A stretch of 33,048 nt of DNA from a virus (taxonomy: Duplodnaviria; Caudoviricetes): positions 1-33,048 of IMG/VR virus record IMGVR_UViG_3300008255_000086, one strand, 5' to 3'. Positions within the stretch are counted from its first letter, which is position 1. Each line of letters starts with the position of its first letter. The notes under the pieces were generated by a model. It searched no databases, was not told the DNA's origin, and saw nothing but the letters and a program-made list of their open reading frames with translations. Below, piece after piece: positions 19,464 to 27,663 of the stretch. The translations under genes and the position numbers were made by a program.

Positions 19464-19924
19464 TGAAAACAATCACATTTAATATCCATTCAGGAAATGG
19501 TCTTATATCAAAAGCAATCAAGTGGATAACACTAGGGGATTATTCTCATACATCAGTTGAATTTGGAAAAGACAGATTTGAATCTATTATGGGGAAAGGA
19601 GTGATAATGAACGGACACCAAAAAATCAATATATCTAAAATAGTAGAAAGCTATGAGGTGAAAGTAACTAATGACACTTTTACAGAACTCAAATTATGGA
19701 CAAGACAACAAGTAGGTAAAAAATATGACTACCTTGCTATCCTCTCTTTTATCTCTCCATTGTTTTCAAAACCCCGAATAGGATTGTGGTATTGCTCTGA
19801 ACTGACTTATGTAATCTATGCAAAAGCACGAGGAGTGATGGATTTGATAGAAAATCAGAAAGTAAGCCCTTCGCAGTTTAGGGATATTATTAGGTTGAAT
19901 AAGAAAACGAAGAAGGTATTATGA
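19463..19924 (+). CDS. Permuted papain-like NlpC/P60 (YiiX/YebB-like) protein
   Basis: YSHTSV (His), VGKKYDY and WYCSEL (Cys) in permuted order. Confidence 0.8.
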   Translation: MKTITFNIHSGNGLISKAIKWITLGDYSHTSVEFGKDRFESIMGKGVIMNGHQKINISKIVESYEVKVTNDTFTELKLWTRQQVGKKYDYLAILSFISPLFSKPRIGLWYCSELTYVIYAKARGVMDLIENQKVSPSQFRDIIRLNKKTKKVL

Positions 19925-20214
19925 GTACAGAGGAAACAAAAGTAGCAGTAATGCAAAAAGAAATCAGTTACATTTCAAAGCAAGTTGATACTATTCTTTT
20001 AAAACTTGAAGAAAATGTTCGATTGCACGAAGCTCAAATGAACAGATTGCAAACAGAAATGGATAAAAGATTTGATGGTGTTCATACACGAATAGATACT
20101 AAGGCAGACCAAGCAGAAGTAGATAAAATCAATTCTGTACTTTCTCGGATAAATTGGATTATAATTACAGCAGTTCTCGGAGCATTATTAGCACTTATTA
20201 TAAATTCACAATAA
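19921..20214 (+). CDS. Coiled-coil protein with C-terminal TM helix (holin/XhlA-like candidate)
   Basis: INWIIITAVLGALLALII at the C-terminus; directly upstream of the endolysin. Confidence 0.6.
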   Translation: MSTEETKVAVMQKEISYISKQVDTILLKLEENVRLHEAQMNRLQTEMDKRFDGVHTRIDTKADQAEVDKINSVLSRINWIIITAVLGALLALIINSQ

Positions 20215-20215
20215 T

Positions 20216-20869
20216 ATGATAGAAAAATTCATTCACTCACCAGTTCCTGTTCCACTTGTAATCCATCAATCTTTTGGAGCTAACAGGGCTTGTATTAGTG
20301 AAACAACAGGAAAGACAATTACTTGCGATGGTTTGAACCCGCCAAAAGGATATCGTTCTGTATACTCTAAAATGAAAGGACACAACGGTTTAGATATTGG
20401 AGCTACATCGTGGCAACCTTGTTACAACGCTCAACGAGGTATAGTTGCAGAAGTATCAACTGAAAAAGATAGAGGTCTTGGAGTTGGAGTCATTACTAAG
20501 GATAAATACTTCTGCGAGGAAACAGGTAAACCAGAACACTTTAAAGTACGATACTGGCACTTCTGGGCTAATAATGTAGAGGAAGGTCAAGAAGTAGATA
20601 CGGGGGCATTACTGGGCTTCTGTGGCTCTACAGGGTACTCATCTGGGGTACACTTACACTTAGAAGTTAAACCTGTAAAAGTATCTTGGTCAAAAGGTAA
20701 AATAAAAAGTTACTCAAACATCTTGCAATCTAATGGCTACTTCGGTGCAGTAGACCCAACACCTTATATGTCTGATATATATGTATTAGATTTTATTTCT
20801 GTATGGAAAAAAGTAACAGAAATATCCGCAAGACTCGCTGAGATAGTAGCTGATAAAATAAGAGGATAA
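20216..20869 (+). CDS. M23 family peptidase, probable endolysin
   Basis: HNGLD, YWH, GSTGYSSGVHLHLEV, AVDP. Confidence 0.9.
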   Translation: MIEKFIHSPVPVPLVIHQSFGANRACISETTGKTITCDGLNPPKGYRSVYSKMKGHNGLDIGATSWQPCYNAQRGIVAEVSTEKDRGLGVGVITKDKYFCEETGKPEHFKVRYWHFWANNVEEGQEVDTGALLGFCGSTGYSSGVHLHLEVKPVKVSWSKGKIKSYSNILQSNGYFGAVDPTPYMSDIYVLDFISVWKKVTEISARLAEIVADKIRG

Positions 20870-20870
20870 T

Positions 20871-21047
20871 ATGACAAACGAACAATACATAAAAGACCTT
20901 CAATTCATTAAATGACACTTAGAACATAAAGACACTGAATCTGTATTACAGGTGATAGATATCATCACTAAACGATACGATACAGGCTCAACTATTCCTG
21001 ATATTGTAGACCCTGGAAGTGAGAACTTGTGTGATAGCTGTCAGTAA
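20871..21047 (+). pseudogene. Small protein ending DPGSENLCDSCQ, interrupted by in-frame TGA 20913-20915
   Basis: TAA-T-ATG coupling to the endolysin; the frame stays open for 43 codons past the TGA. Confidence 0.6.
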
Positions 21048-21313
21048 TTACTCCAACCCATAATTTCCCCTGTAATATCATCAGTGAGAATAATACTAGC
21101 GTCATTTAAAGACTTATGTTTTTTCTTTGATTGACCAGCGTGAAATATTGCAAGGTTTATATCCACCTGTTTTTGTATAAAAGCATTTCTATATTCAACA
21201 TAGTCACACTCTGCACAAGTGCTCCAGTCAGAAACCTTTAATACTTCCCCACACTCTTTACAGTAGTGTTTTTTTATAATCTTTTTAATTCCCATTGTTA
21301 AATATTTTATCAT
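21041..21313 (-). CDS. Zinc-ribbon-like hypothetical protein
   Basis: CKECG...CAEC; true start may be the second Met. Confidence 0.65.
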   Translation of the reverse strand: MIKYLTMGIKKIIKKHYCKECGEVLKVSDWSTCAECDYVEYRNAFIQKQVDINLAIFHAGQSKKKHKSLNDASIILTDDITGEIMGWSNY

Positions 21314-21337
21314 GGCTTGTTACATTAACACATAAAG

Positions 21338-21383
21338 TTATACACATGCAATATGTTTGACATTTTTTATTGTTTGTTATACT
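21338..21383 (+). promoter_or_regulatory. DnaA box + TTGACA + extended -10 TGtTATACT
   Basis: TTATACACA 21338-21346, TTGACA 21357-21362, TATACT 21378-21383; ATG 21391 follows after 7 nt. Confidence 0.6.
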
Positions 21384-21390
21384 TAAACTA

Positions 21391-21744
21391 ATGATAACTC
21401 TAAAAGGACAACCACTTTCTACTAATCACATCTATAAGACAACATGTCGAAATGGTTTTGCTTCAATTTATATGTCCAAAGAAGGCAAGGAACTAAAAGA
21501 AGATTATATAAGACAAGTTAAAAGACAATGGAAGGAAGACATCATAAAGGACAATGTATCTCTGTCTTGTGTCGTATACCATAAAGACAGAAGAAATCGA
21601 GACATAGACAATACGAACAAGTTGATTTTCGATTCTCTTTCTGGAATTGTTTTTGAAGACGACAAACAAATTAAGGAACTTTATATAAGAAAAGAAGTTG
21701 ATACACAAAACCCAAGAGTGACTATTGAAATAATGGAAGTATGA
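21391..21744 (+). CDS. rusA: RusA-like Holliday junction resolvase
   Basis: PLSTNHIY, RDIDNTNKLIFDSLSGIVFEDDKQI, NPRVTIEI. Start moved to ATG 21391. Confidence 0.88.
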   Translation: MITLKGQPLSTNHIYKTTCRNGFASIYMSKEGKELKEDYIRQVKRQWKEDIIKDNVSLSCVVYHKDRRNRDIDNTNKLIFDSLSGIVFEDDKQIKELYIRKEVDTQNPRVTIEIMEV

Positions 21745-21967
21745 AAACCAGAAAGCAACTATTAAAAATAGAGATAAATCGTTGCAAGAAAAATCTGAAA
21801 ACTATTACTGACCTCCACCGAATCGCAATCATAAAAGAACATATAGCATATCTTGAAAATGGTCAAAGACCGATATAACAGAAGAATTAGAGAACTCTGT
21901 TTATATACCTGAAAATGTCATACGACAAGCAGACACCAGAAACCAAGACCATGACTTCTATAATTAG
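21741..21967 (+). pseudogene. Hypothetical protein, 45 aa as written (stop 21878), possibly frameshifted at GAAAAT 21855-21860
   Basis: One extra A gives ...AYLEKWSKTDITEELENSVYIPENVIRQADTRNQDHDFYN*, ending just before the next promoter. Confidence 0.4.
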
Positions 21968-21969
21968 GC

Positions 21970-22010
21970 TGTGGAAAAGTGTGTTGAAAACCTTTTAAAA
22001 ATGATATAAT
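21970..22010 (+). promoter_or_regulatory. DnaA-box-like sites + extended -10 TGATATAAT
   Basis: TGTGGAAAA 21970-21978, TGTTGAAAA 21982-21990, TGATATAAT 22002-22010. Confidence 0.6.
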
Positions 22011-22053
22011 AAAAATACACCGAAACCGATAGAAACGCCGAGAAGTACGCCGA

Positions 22054-22539
22054 TTGACCGCCTTGAACCATGCACTTGGAAACAACATTTTACGCCAAAC
22101 AATTAAGTACATAATAATACTTCTGGTCTATTTACTTTTAGCCACATTAACACTACAAGTATCTGCCGCAGAAGCACCGAATGTTGAAACAAACCCGAAT
22201 GATATGGTTCTCGAAGCTCCTTTTGCTTTACCTACTTTAAAAGTTCCTTCTCATAAACAATATGCCTATTATGCAGTCAAAGATAAGTGGGGTGTAAAGG
22301 AATGGAACGCTTTTGATAAAATAATTACCAAAGAGTCTAACTGGAATCACCTCGCTCAAAATCCCACATCAACTGTTTATGGTTATGCTCAATTTTTAAA
22401 TTCAACTTGGGGTTTGGTTGGCTGTAAAAAGACTTCTGACCCTGATGAGCAGATAAGATGTGCAATCCTTTACATTGAAACTGTTTATGGTTCTCCACAG
22501 AAAGCTTGGAGTTTTCATTTACAAAATAATTGGTACTAG
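22054..22539 (+). CDS. Secreted lytic transglycosylase (SLT/Rpf-like lysozyme fold); start uncertain
   Basis: Signal peptide KYIIILLVYLLLATLTLQVSA; catalytic IITKESNWN, AQNPTSTVYGYAQFL..TW, YGSPQKAWSFH...WY. Confidence 0.85.
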   Translation: MTALNHALGNNILRQTIKYIIILLVYLLLATLTLQVSAAEAPNVETNPNDMVLEAPFALPTLKVPSHKQYAYYAVKDKWGVKEWNAFDKIITKESNWNHLAQNPTSTVYGYAQFLNSTWGLVGCKKTSDPDEQIRCAILYIETVYGSPQKAWSFHLQNNWY

Positions 22540-22586
22540 ATATACTTTAATAGTCACATTTAGTGACAAACGCCTCAAAAGTTATT

Positions 22587-22613
22587 ACACTCACAAGCCC
22601 TTGTGGGTGTTTT
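22587..22613 (+). terminator. Rho-independent terminator-like hairpin
   Basis: ACACTCACAA-gccc-TTGTGGGTGT followed by TTT. Confidence 0.55.
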
Positions 22614-22617
22614 AATG

Positions 22618-22658
22618 TGTGGAAAACTTTTTATAAAAAACATTGAAAGTTGTATAAT
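22618..22658 (+). promoter_or_regulatory. DnaA-box-like site + TATAAT promoter
   Basis: TGTGGAAAA 22618-22626; TATAAT 22653-22658. Confidence 0.55.
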
Positions 22659-22664
22659 AAGAAT

Positions 22665-22812
22665 AGAGTTGTTTGTAGAAGGGGGTGAGGTAACTTTCCA
22701 GAGAGTACACCAAACCTAGTCGAGTGTGCTGATACCAAGAAACTAGTTAGGGCAAATCAAGAAGTAATCAGACAAAACCTTGTACTCCTCCCCTCCTGCA
22801 CACAACACGCTC
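22665..22812 (+). ncRNA. Putative structured RNA / long 5' leader (about 145 nt)
   Basis: Closing stem GUUGUUUGUAGAAGGGGG (22668-) with CCCCUCCUGCACACAAC (-22806); internal hairpin AGUACAC/GUGUGCU; starts right after a -10. Confidence 0.6.
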
Positions 22813-22817
22813 ATCAC

Positions 22818-22928
22818 ATGAAAAATCTAATGGACAAAATAACTGACGCAACAGTTATGGCACTTCTTGTCATATTTGTTGTACTTGCAATCACCTACTA
22901 CGCAATCAAAAAAGATGAATCATTGTAA
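22818..22928 (+). CDS. 36-aa single-TM micropeptide
   Basis: MKNLMDKITDATVMALLVIFVVLAITYYAIKKDESL; overlaps the next ATG. Confidence 0.6.
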   Translation: MKNLMDKITDATVMALLVIFVVLAITYYAIKKDESL

Positions 22929-23160
22929 ACGCTGTGGTTCTTCTGAGAATCTCTCAAAACACCACATTTTTCCTGTTTGTTTTTTTGGTAAACAAGGAAA
23001 CGAACTCCTTGTTCCTCTCTGTAAGAATACTTGTCACACGAAAGTCGAAGCATATATTCTTGCAGTTGAATCGTTTGTTGGTCAAAAAAGATTTGGCACA
23101 CGCCACAGACTCAACAAAAAACAGTATCTTGAAATCGCACAGTATCTCAATATTCTATGA
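22915..23160 (+). CDS. Small HNH-fold protein
   Basis: CKRCGSSENLSKHHIFP...LVPLCKNTCHTKV. Start moved to ATG 22915. Confidence 0.75.
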   Translation: MNHCKRCGSSENLSKHHIFPVCFFGKQGNELLVPLCKNTCHTKVEAYILAVESFVGQKRFGTRHRLNKKQYLEIAQYLNIL

Positions 23161-23723
23161 AACTGGTAACTATGCAAAAACTAAGGGAGGTTAAAACTCC
23201 CTACATGAATGATGTAGAGCATATCCATGACTGGATAAGTCCTGTATCAGTCATCGTTAAAGGTATCGTGGAACAAACAGCTGGTCTGATGGTTTCCGAT
23301 ACTCTCATCGCCACTACTCGTATGATGACCGACAAAGATGTTGCCATTGTATTGAGTACGGGCGAAATTGTGAAGGGTGTTCAAGTTGATTATGTCAATG
23401 AAAATCTCCTTCTGTCTTTTTACAGCGTTCCAAAGCAAATGGTTTGGCACAAAACACCAACCAGAATCGAATCAACAACGATTAGTTCGTTTTTGTTTGC
23501 CTATGTCCCTCACAAGAAGTTTCTGTTTTCTAAACTTATTCCTAATCGTGATTCACGAACAAAGGAACATCTTGATGAAACAGGGAGTATTCAAATGGAT
23601 ATAGACAGTATCGAAGACACTAGTGTCGTGGTCGATAGGTTCGGCTATGTCTATGGCATAGGTGTTGGCTCGTGTTTTGACGAGCTGGTCGTTCAACCAA
23701 TAACCCTCAAACAAGCTACATGA
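23157..23723 (+). CDS. Hypothetical protein
   Basis: 188-aa ORF, ATGA-coupled on both sides. Confidence 0.7.
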   Translation: MKLVTMQKLREVKTPYMNDVEHIHDWISPVSVIVKGIVEQTAGLMVSDTLIATTRMMTDKDVAIVLSTGEIVKGVQVDYVNENLLLSFYSVPKQMVWHKTPTRIESTTISSFLFAYVPHKKFLFSKLIPNRDSRTKEHLDETGSIQMDIDSIEDTSVVVDRFGYVYGIGVGSCFDELVVQPITLKQAT

Positions 23724-23890
23724 ACTTCCCTCATCACTGCGACCACGATAATATTCCACCTCAACGCATAGAAATTCAACGCATGTTGTTTATCGAAAGA
23801 AATGGCGTGTGGATATATTGGACTAACCACATGGAGTTTATCGACTCCATTCCTGAACTAGACCTGTCAGAGTCAAAGTTCCTCCATTAA
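23720..23890 (+). CDS. Hypothetical protein, 56 aa
   Basis: Hand-translated MNFPHHCDHDNIPPQRIEIQRMLFIERNGVWIYWTNHMEFIDSIPELDLSESKFLH; ATGA overlap; ends at the terminator. Confidence 0.6.
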   Translation: MNFPHHCDHDNIPPQRIEIQRMLFIERNGVWIYWTNHMEFIDSIPELDLSESKFLH

Positions 23891-23893
23891 CAA

Positions 23894-23917
23894 AACGCCC
23901 CTAGCAATAGGGGTGTT
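23894..23917. terminator. Bidirectional terminator between convergent operons
   Basis: AACGCCCCTA-gcaa-TAGGGGTGTT with flanking A and T tracts. Confidence 0.75.
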
Positions 23918-24111
23918 CATTTTATTTTATATCCAGCTAACCAGTAAAGAGGGTCTTCATGAACAACAGGTTTTTTATATTTGTGTTGTTGTCTGTATCT
24001 CAGATTGGCTTCACTTTTACAATCCTTACAAGGTTGTGACCAACCCCTCACATCTTTTGATTTACACATCTGGTCAATCATCTTTTCTTTTTTACATCTA
24101 CTGCAAATCAT
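23917..24111 (-). CDS. Small zinc-finger protein
   Basis: CSRC...CKDC. Confidence 0.65.
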   Translation of the reverse strand: MICSRCKKEKMIDQMCKSKDVRGWSQPCKDCKSEANLRYRQQHKYKKPVVHEDPLYWLAGYKIK

Positions 24112-24353
24112 ATTTCAAATTTAGCCACCTCCTCATCTTCCCACTCTTTTAATTTTGATTTCAAGAACGCAACATCGTAATTAAGTCTAATGTAAATACC
24201 AAATCCAAGTATTGTTAGTTGAGAGTTGCACGCTTTTAACCATTTCTCGTGTTCTACATAGAACTCAATAAATGTAAAAGTATACCAATTCCATTTTCCT
24301 ATTAGTTGTTTCCAGTCGTTCTTAAATTCAAATATCAGTTCTTTATTTTTCAT
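24108..24353 (-). CDS. Hypothetical protein
   Basis: ORF track; overlapping operon arrangement. Confidence 0.65.
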   Translation of the reverse strand: MKNKELIFEFKNDWKQLIGKWNWYTFTFIEFYVEHEKWLKACNSQLTILGFGIYIRLNYDVAFLKSKLKEWEDEEVAKFEI

Positions 24354-24513
24354 ATGGATTTTTTTTAATTATTTGCTTAATTGCTTTAACTTTCTTCTCT
24401 CCCAAATGCTTTTCCATTCTTTGTTTTAACTTCTCGCAATCATAACAACCTTTTTGGAAGTTTTGCAATGCAAGTTCATAAACATGTGCCAGTTGTGATT
24501 CTGTAAGTTTCAT
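24343..24513 (-). CDS. Hypothetical protein (CxxC)
   Basis: Start reassigned to ATG 24513 (MKLTESQ...). Confidence 0.6.
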   Translation of the reverse strand: MKLTESQLAHVYELALQNFQKGCYDCEKLKQRMEKHLGEKKVKAIKQIIKKNPYEK

Positions 24514-24694
24514 TTTTGTATTCCTCAAATAATTTAACAAACTCTTCGTCTGATAAGTAGAATATATCTGCACACCTGTCGCCCATTTGACCAGTAGGAT
24601 AATCTTTACTCCTGAGCCATTCAAAGAAGTTAAATAATGTCTGACCTATTCTCATTGGTGGAATCGACCAATCTTTAAGATATTGTGTTTGCAT
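24476..24694 (-). CDS. Hypothetical protein
   Basis: MRIGQTLFNF...DIFYLSDEEF, a pattern seen in small phage proteins. Confidence 0.65.
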   Translation of the reverse strand: MQTQYLKDWSIPPMRIGQTLFNFFEWLRSKDYPTGQMGDRCADIFYLSDEEFVKLFEEYKNETYRITTGTCL

Positions 24695-24714
24695 ATTGTT
24701 ACTTGTTAGTGCTT

Positions 24715-24882
24715 TTAAACCCCCCTTTCGAGCCCACTTATGAACCTATCCACATCCCATTCGTAATAACCATAACTTCCGTCTTCCATGATTGGACATG
24801 CTTGTCCCACCATCCACTTGTGGAATGTTTCTAAATCACCACCTGCTTCTAATACTTTATTTTCTGCTTGTTGTTTATTCAT
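24715..24882 (-). CDS. Hypothetical protein, 55 aa
   Basis: Hand-translated MNKQQAENKVLEAGGDLETFHKWMVGQACPIMEDGSYGYYEWDVDRFISGLERGV. Confidence 0.65.
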   Translation of the reverse strand: MNKQQAENKVLEAGGDLETFHKWMVGQACPIMEDGSYGYYEWDVDRFISGLERGV

Positions 24883-25297
24883 TTTGTGATTCGATTAGTA
24901 ACTCCAGCTGTGCCAGTCCTCTCCAACATACCTTTGCAAGATGGTACACACCATCATCATCAACAATTTCTCCCGAAGCGTGGTCAATTAAATGTCTTGT
25001 AAGTGCATCGAGTTGGTCTTTTGATTTACTTCTATCCCAGTGGAGTGGTTGTCCTTCGAGGTGTTGTTTATTTCCAGCAAGACTAGCCCTTGAAACTTCT
25101 GCGAGTGCTTTTGGAAAGTAAGCTAATACTCCTGAAAAAATAGGGGTGTTCTTGCGTTCCTGTGCCTTGTCTACTTCAACTTCTTTTGAGTATCTTCTAA
25201 CTGTGTATAATTCTCCACACTCAATACAACAACCTTCATCGTCTGTATGTACGATGTCTGATGTGTATGGGTCTTTACATGTACATATTTCATTCAT
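24875..25297 (-). CDS. dATP/dGTP diphosphohydrolase-like (DUF5664) protein with N-terminal Cys cluster
   Basis: RKNTPIFSGVLAYFPKALAEVSRAS..GNKQH...LHWDRSKS...ALTRHL...DDDGVYHLAKVCWRGLA. Confidence 0.8.
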   Translation of the reverse strand: MNEICTCKDPYTSDIVHTDDEGCCIECGELYTVRRYSKEVEVDKAQERKNTPIFSGVLAYFPKALAEVSRASLAGNKQHLEGQPLHWDRSKSKDQLDALTRHLIDHASGEIVDDDGVYHLAKVCWRGLAQLELLIESQNE

Positions 25298-25319
25298 AGT
25301 TTTATTTTAATTTATTTAT

Positions 25320-25357
25320 AAAAAAATACCACCAACTTATCAACAGATAAGTGGTGG
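25320..25357 (-). terminator. Rho-independent terminator after phosphoesterase gene
   Basis: CCACC(A)ACTTATC-aaca-GATAAGTGGTGG with an A-run on the + strand (U-tract on the - strand). Confidence 0.65.
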
Positions 25358-25358
25358 A

Positions 25359-26636
25359 TTAAGGAATCGGAACATCTGTAATCACAGGGAGTCCTTGATT
25401 CACAGTGATATACAGATAACCAGAGAGAGAGGAGTAACCCAATCCTTTGGAGTAACTGTTGCCAGTGAAGATAGAAGGTGCGTGAATAATTCTGTGGTTA
25501 AGACCATCTGCAAGTGTCTTTCGAGTATGCAAGTGAGCAAAGATACAGAGGTTAAACAGACCAGCGAATCCATATTGATTGATAATCAGTTCAGGATTTT
25601 TCTTCGAGAGAAGAAGATGACCGTGTGAAGGCACAAACCCACAGTTGTCCATTTTGAAAGGAGCAACATCAGGCGACCATGACAATTTCATTTTGTTTCC
25701 AAAACGAGCGTTGAGGACATAGTGTACCCATTGCACAACTTCTCCGATAGTATCTTCTTTGTTGTTGCTTGAAGTTCGGTCATGATTTCCTGCGAGGAGT
25801 ATAACCTCACCAACATTGTTCACAGATGAGATGAACTTTGTAAGGACTTCAATGACTTGGATAGTGGCTTTGACACCATACCCATACTTCTTGTCGATGT
25901 TCTTCCATGAGTTGATATGATTCAAACCAGTGAAGGATTCGATGAGGTCACCATTGATAACAATAATATTATTCTTTGCTTTTCTCTGGTTCGCATCTTT
26001 TGCAACATGAGCAAGTTTCTTTTCAAGCACTTCATGGTTGAAGGCTGGAAGGTTTCTCTCCGCTTCAATGTCAGCTCCATAGTGCAAGTCAGCGATATGA
26101 ACAATGGCATTACCAATCTTCACATCACGACTCTTCCGTACAACAGGTGCTACTTTACAAGCAGTGATATATTCCAGCAGCTCATTTTCAAATTGATGCC
26201 TTCTATATTCAGCATCTGCGACCACCTTGATTGCTTTTGAGTATGCCTTATTTCTTTGCTTGGTGTCTTCGTGTTCGATGACAGCACGCATGTTTTTGGG
26301 CGAATACTTTTCTGCAATTTTAGATGCTATCATATCACACGCCTCTTTTTCAGAAACAAGCGATAGGGAATATGGACTGAACACATCGGAATCTTTTACA
26401 AGGTCGAAGGTTCGTTTAACAGATTGCCATTGAAGTGCATCAAAACCATGTTTGTTTTGCACCTGTACAGCAGACATATTAAGTCCATGCTTTGAGTATT
26501 CATAGAAGATAGTGTCGAGTTCTTCAACTGTTAGTTCGATAACTCCACGCTTATACTTCCAAGAAACACTCTCTCCGTTGACAAAGAACTTTTCTTCTTG
26601 TTCTTCGACAACAGTTTTTACTGTTTTCTTTTTCAT
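25359..26636 (-). CDS. Calcineurin-like metallophosphoesterase with N-terminal extension
   Basis: ADLH, NGDLIE, GNHDR, SHGH and AHLH motifs in canonical order. Confidence 0.88.
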   Translation of the reverse strand: MKKKTVKTVVEEQEEKFFVNGESVSWKYKRGVIELTVEELDTIFYEYSKHGLNMSAVQVQNKHGFDALQWQSVKRTFDLVKDSDVFSPYSLSLVSEKEACDMIASKIAEKYSPKNMRAVIEHEDTKQRNKAYSKAIKVVADAEYRRHQFENELLEYITACKVAPVVRKSRDVKIGNAIVHIADLHYGADIEAERNLPAFNHEVLEKKLAHVAKDANQRKAKNNIIVINGDLIESFTGLNHINSWKNIDKKYGYGVKATIQVIEVLTKFISSVNNVGEVILLAGNHDRTSSNNKEDTIGEVVQWVHYVLNARFGNKMKLSWSPDVAPFKMDNCGFVPSHGHLLLSKKNPELIINQYGFAGLFNLCIFAHLHTRKTLADGLNHRIIHAPSIFTGNSYSKGLGYSSLSGYLYITVNQGLPVITDVPIP

Positions 26637-26661
26637 TATTTTAGAGTGCTGTTCATTTTTA

Positions 26662-26670
26662 ATTATAACA
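26662..26670 (-). promoter_or_regulatory. Extended -10 TGTTATAAT for phosphoesterase gene
   Basis: + strand attataaca; DnaA-like TGTGGAAAA nearby at 26736-26744. Confidence 0.55.
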
Positions 26671-26812
26671 TCTACTTGCTCTTGACTTTCGTTGATTTAA
26701 TTATAGAATGGATAACTTTTTTGTACACCAAAACCTGTGGAAAACTTTTTTATGAAATATGCGTTCTAAGGGGTGTTTATGTGCTAAATGACTACTTACT
26801 CGTATTTAATAT

Positions 26813-26831
26813 AAAAAGCCCGTATAAGGGC
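26813..26831 (-). terminator. Short terminator-like hairpin
   Basis: - strand GCCC-ttatac-GGGC-TTTTT just after the stop at 26845. Confidence 0.45.
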
Positions 26832-26844
26832 ATTCAGGGGTTAA

Positions 26845-27162
26845 TTACAGTAGATTAGATGCCTTAATGAAGTCCACTTTAATGCTATTCAAGAAATCAA
26901 TATCTTTTGAAGTAAAATTATAACCCGTTCTCGCTAAAAACTTTAAAGAAAGCGATAGTAAAAAAACATGTTCTTTTTGTGTGTGTCCAATATGTGAGTG
27001 ACACTCAGAACAAATCAAACTCGCATTTACAGGAGATGACGACACTCGCCCATAGGTGTGGTTTAATTCTAAACCTTTATCACTCCTTCCACACATCCAG
27101 CACCCATATTCATATAAGAATAAGTTGCGTGTATTTTGAGAAAAAGGGTGCTTTAATTTCAC
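26845..27162 (-). CDS. HNH-fold / NinG-like protein
   Basis: CWMCG...ELNH..GR...N...ICSECHSH. Confidence 0.65.
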   Translation of the reverse strand: MKLKHPFSQNTRNLFLYEYGCWMCGRSDKGLELNHTYGRVSSSPVNASLICSECHSHIGHTQKEHVFLLSLSLKFLARTGYNFTSKDIDFLNSIKVDFIKASNLL

Positions 27163-27662
27163 TAAAATTCAGGGTCATATTCTTCTTGTGGATATTCAAC
27201 CTTTTCAATCTTATCTTCAAAGTGTAAATCTCTTGCAAGGTTATATTCCTGTGCATTAGGCATTTCTTCGCCACGTGACTCTGCAACCCACCTTCTAATC
27301 TTTTCCATATACATAAACGCTTCGTTTGTTTTTACATTGTTATCCATTATTGAGTTTACTATTCTCGTTTCTTTTTTAGAGATTGGATTGTACATATCAG
27401 TTCCATTAAATTCTTCTTTTAAGAACGAGTGTAATTCATCTATTGAATAAGTTTTAAGGTGGTCGTCTAGGTTTTTTATAAAAGGCAACCACGCTCCGAA
27501 GTAAAAGCCCCTAAGTTCATCTGATACAGTTGCCTTTTTCTTTCTAGGTATTATCTCTAAGTAATCTCCATCGTTTTCTTTCAGGTGGTCAATAAACATG
27601 TTGCGTACTTGTGGAGCAAATACCATACCTTTGTTTTTTATTTGTGCAATGAAGCGTTTCAC
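27162..27662 (-). CDS. NinB/YbcN-like recombination protein (putative)
   Basis: RGFYFG...DELHSFLKEEF...YMEKIRRWVAE pattern; acidic PEF tail. Confidence 0.55.
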   Translation of the reverse strand: MKRFIAQIKNKGMVFAPQVRNMFIDHLKENDGDYLEIIPRKKKATVSDELRGFYFGAWLPFIKNLDDHLKTYSIDELHSFLKEEFNGTDMYNPISKKETRIVNSIMDNNVKTNEAFMYMEKIRRWVAESRGEEMPNAQEYNLARDLHFEDKIEKVEYPQEEYDPEF

Positions 27663-27663
27663 C

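Noticed and set aside
13-21047. Genome-wide stop-codon reassignment (TAG=Gln or TGA=Gly/Trp)
   Set aside because: All long genes are intact in code 11, TAG ends terL, portal, capsid and ssb, and TGA is used in ATGA overlaps. The two internal stops are different codons.
22724-22746. Hammerhead-like fragments (CUAGUC...CUGAUA...GAAACUAG)
   Set aside because: The core is CUGAUAC rather than CUGANGA, and there is no room for stems I and II.
24875-25297. 2-aminoadenine (Z-base) genome
   Set aside because: No PurZ, DatZ or dedicated polymerase is present in an apparently complete genome.
25337-25345. DnaA-like TTATCAACA
   Set aside because: It lies within a terminator hairpin and is explained by that structure.
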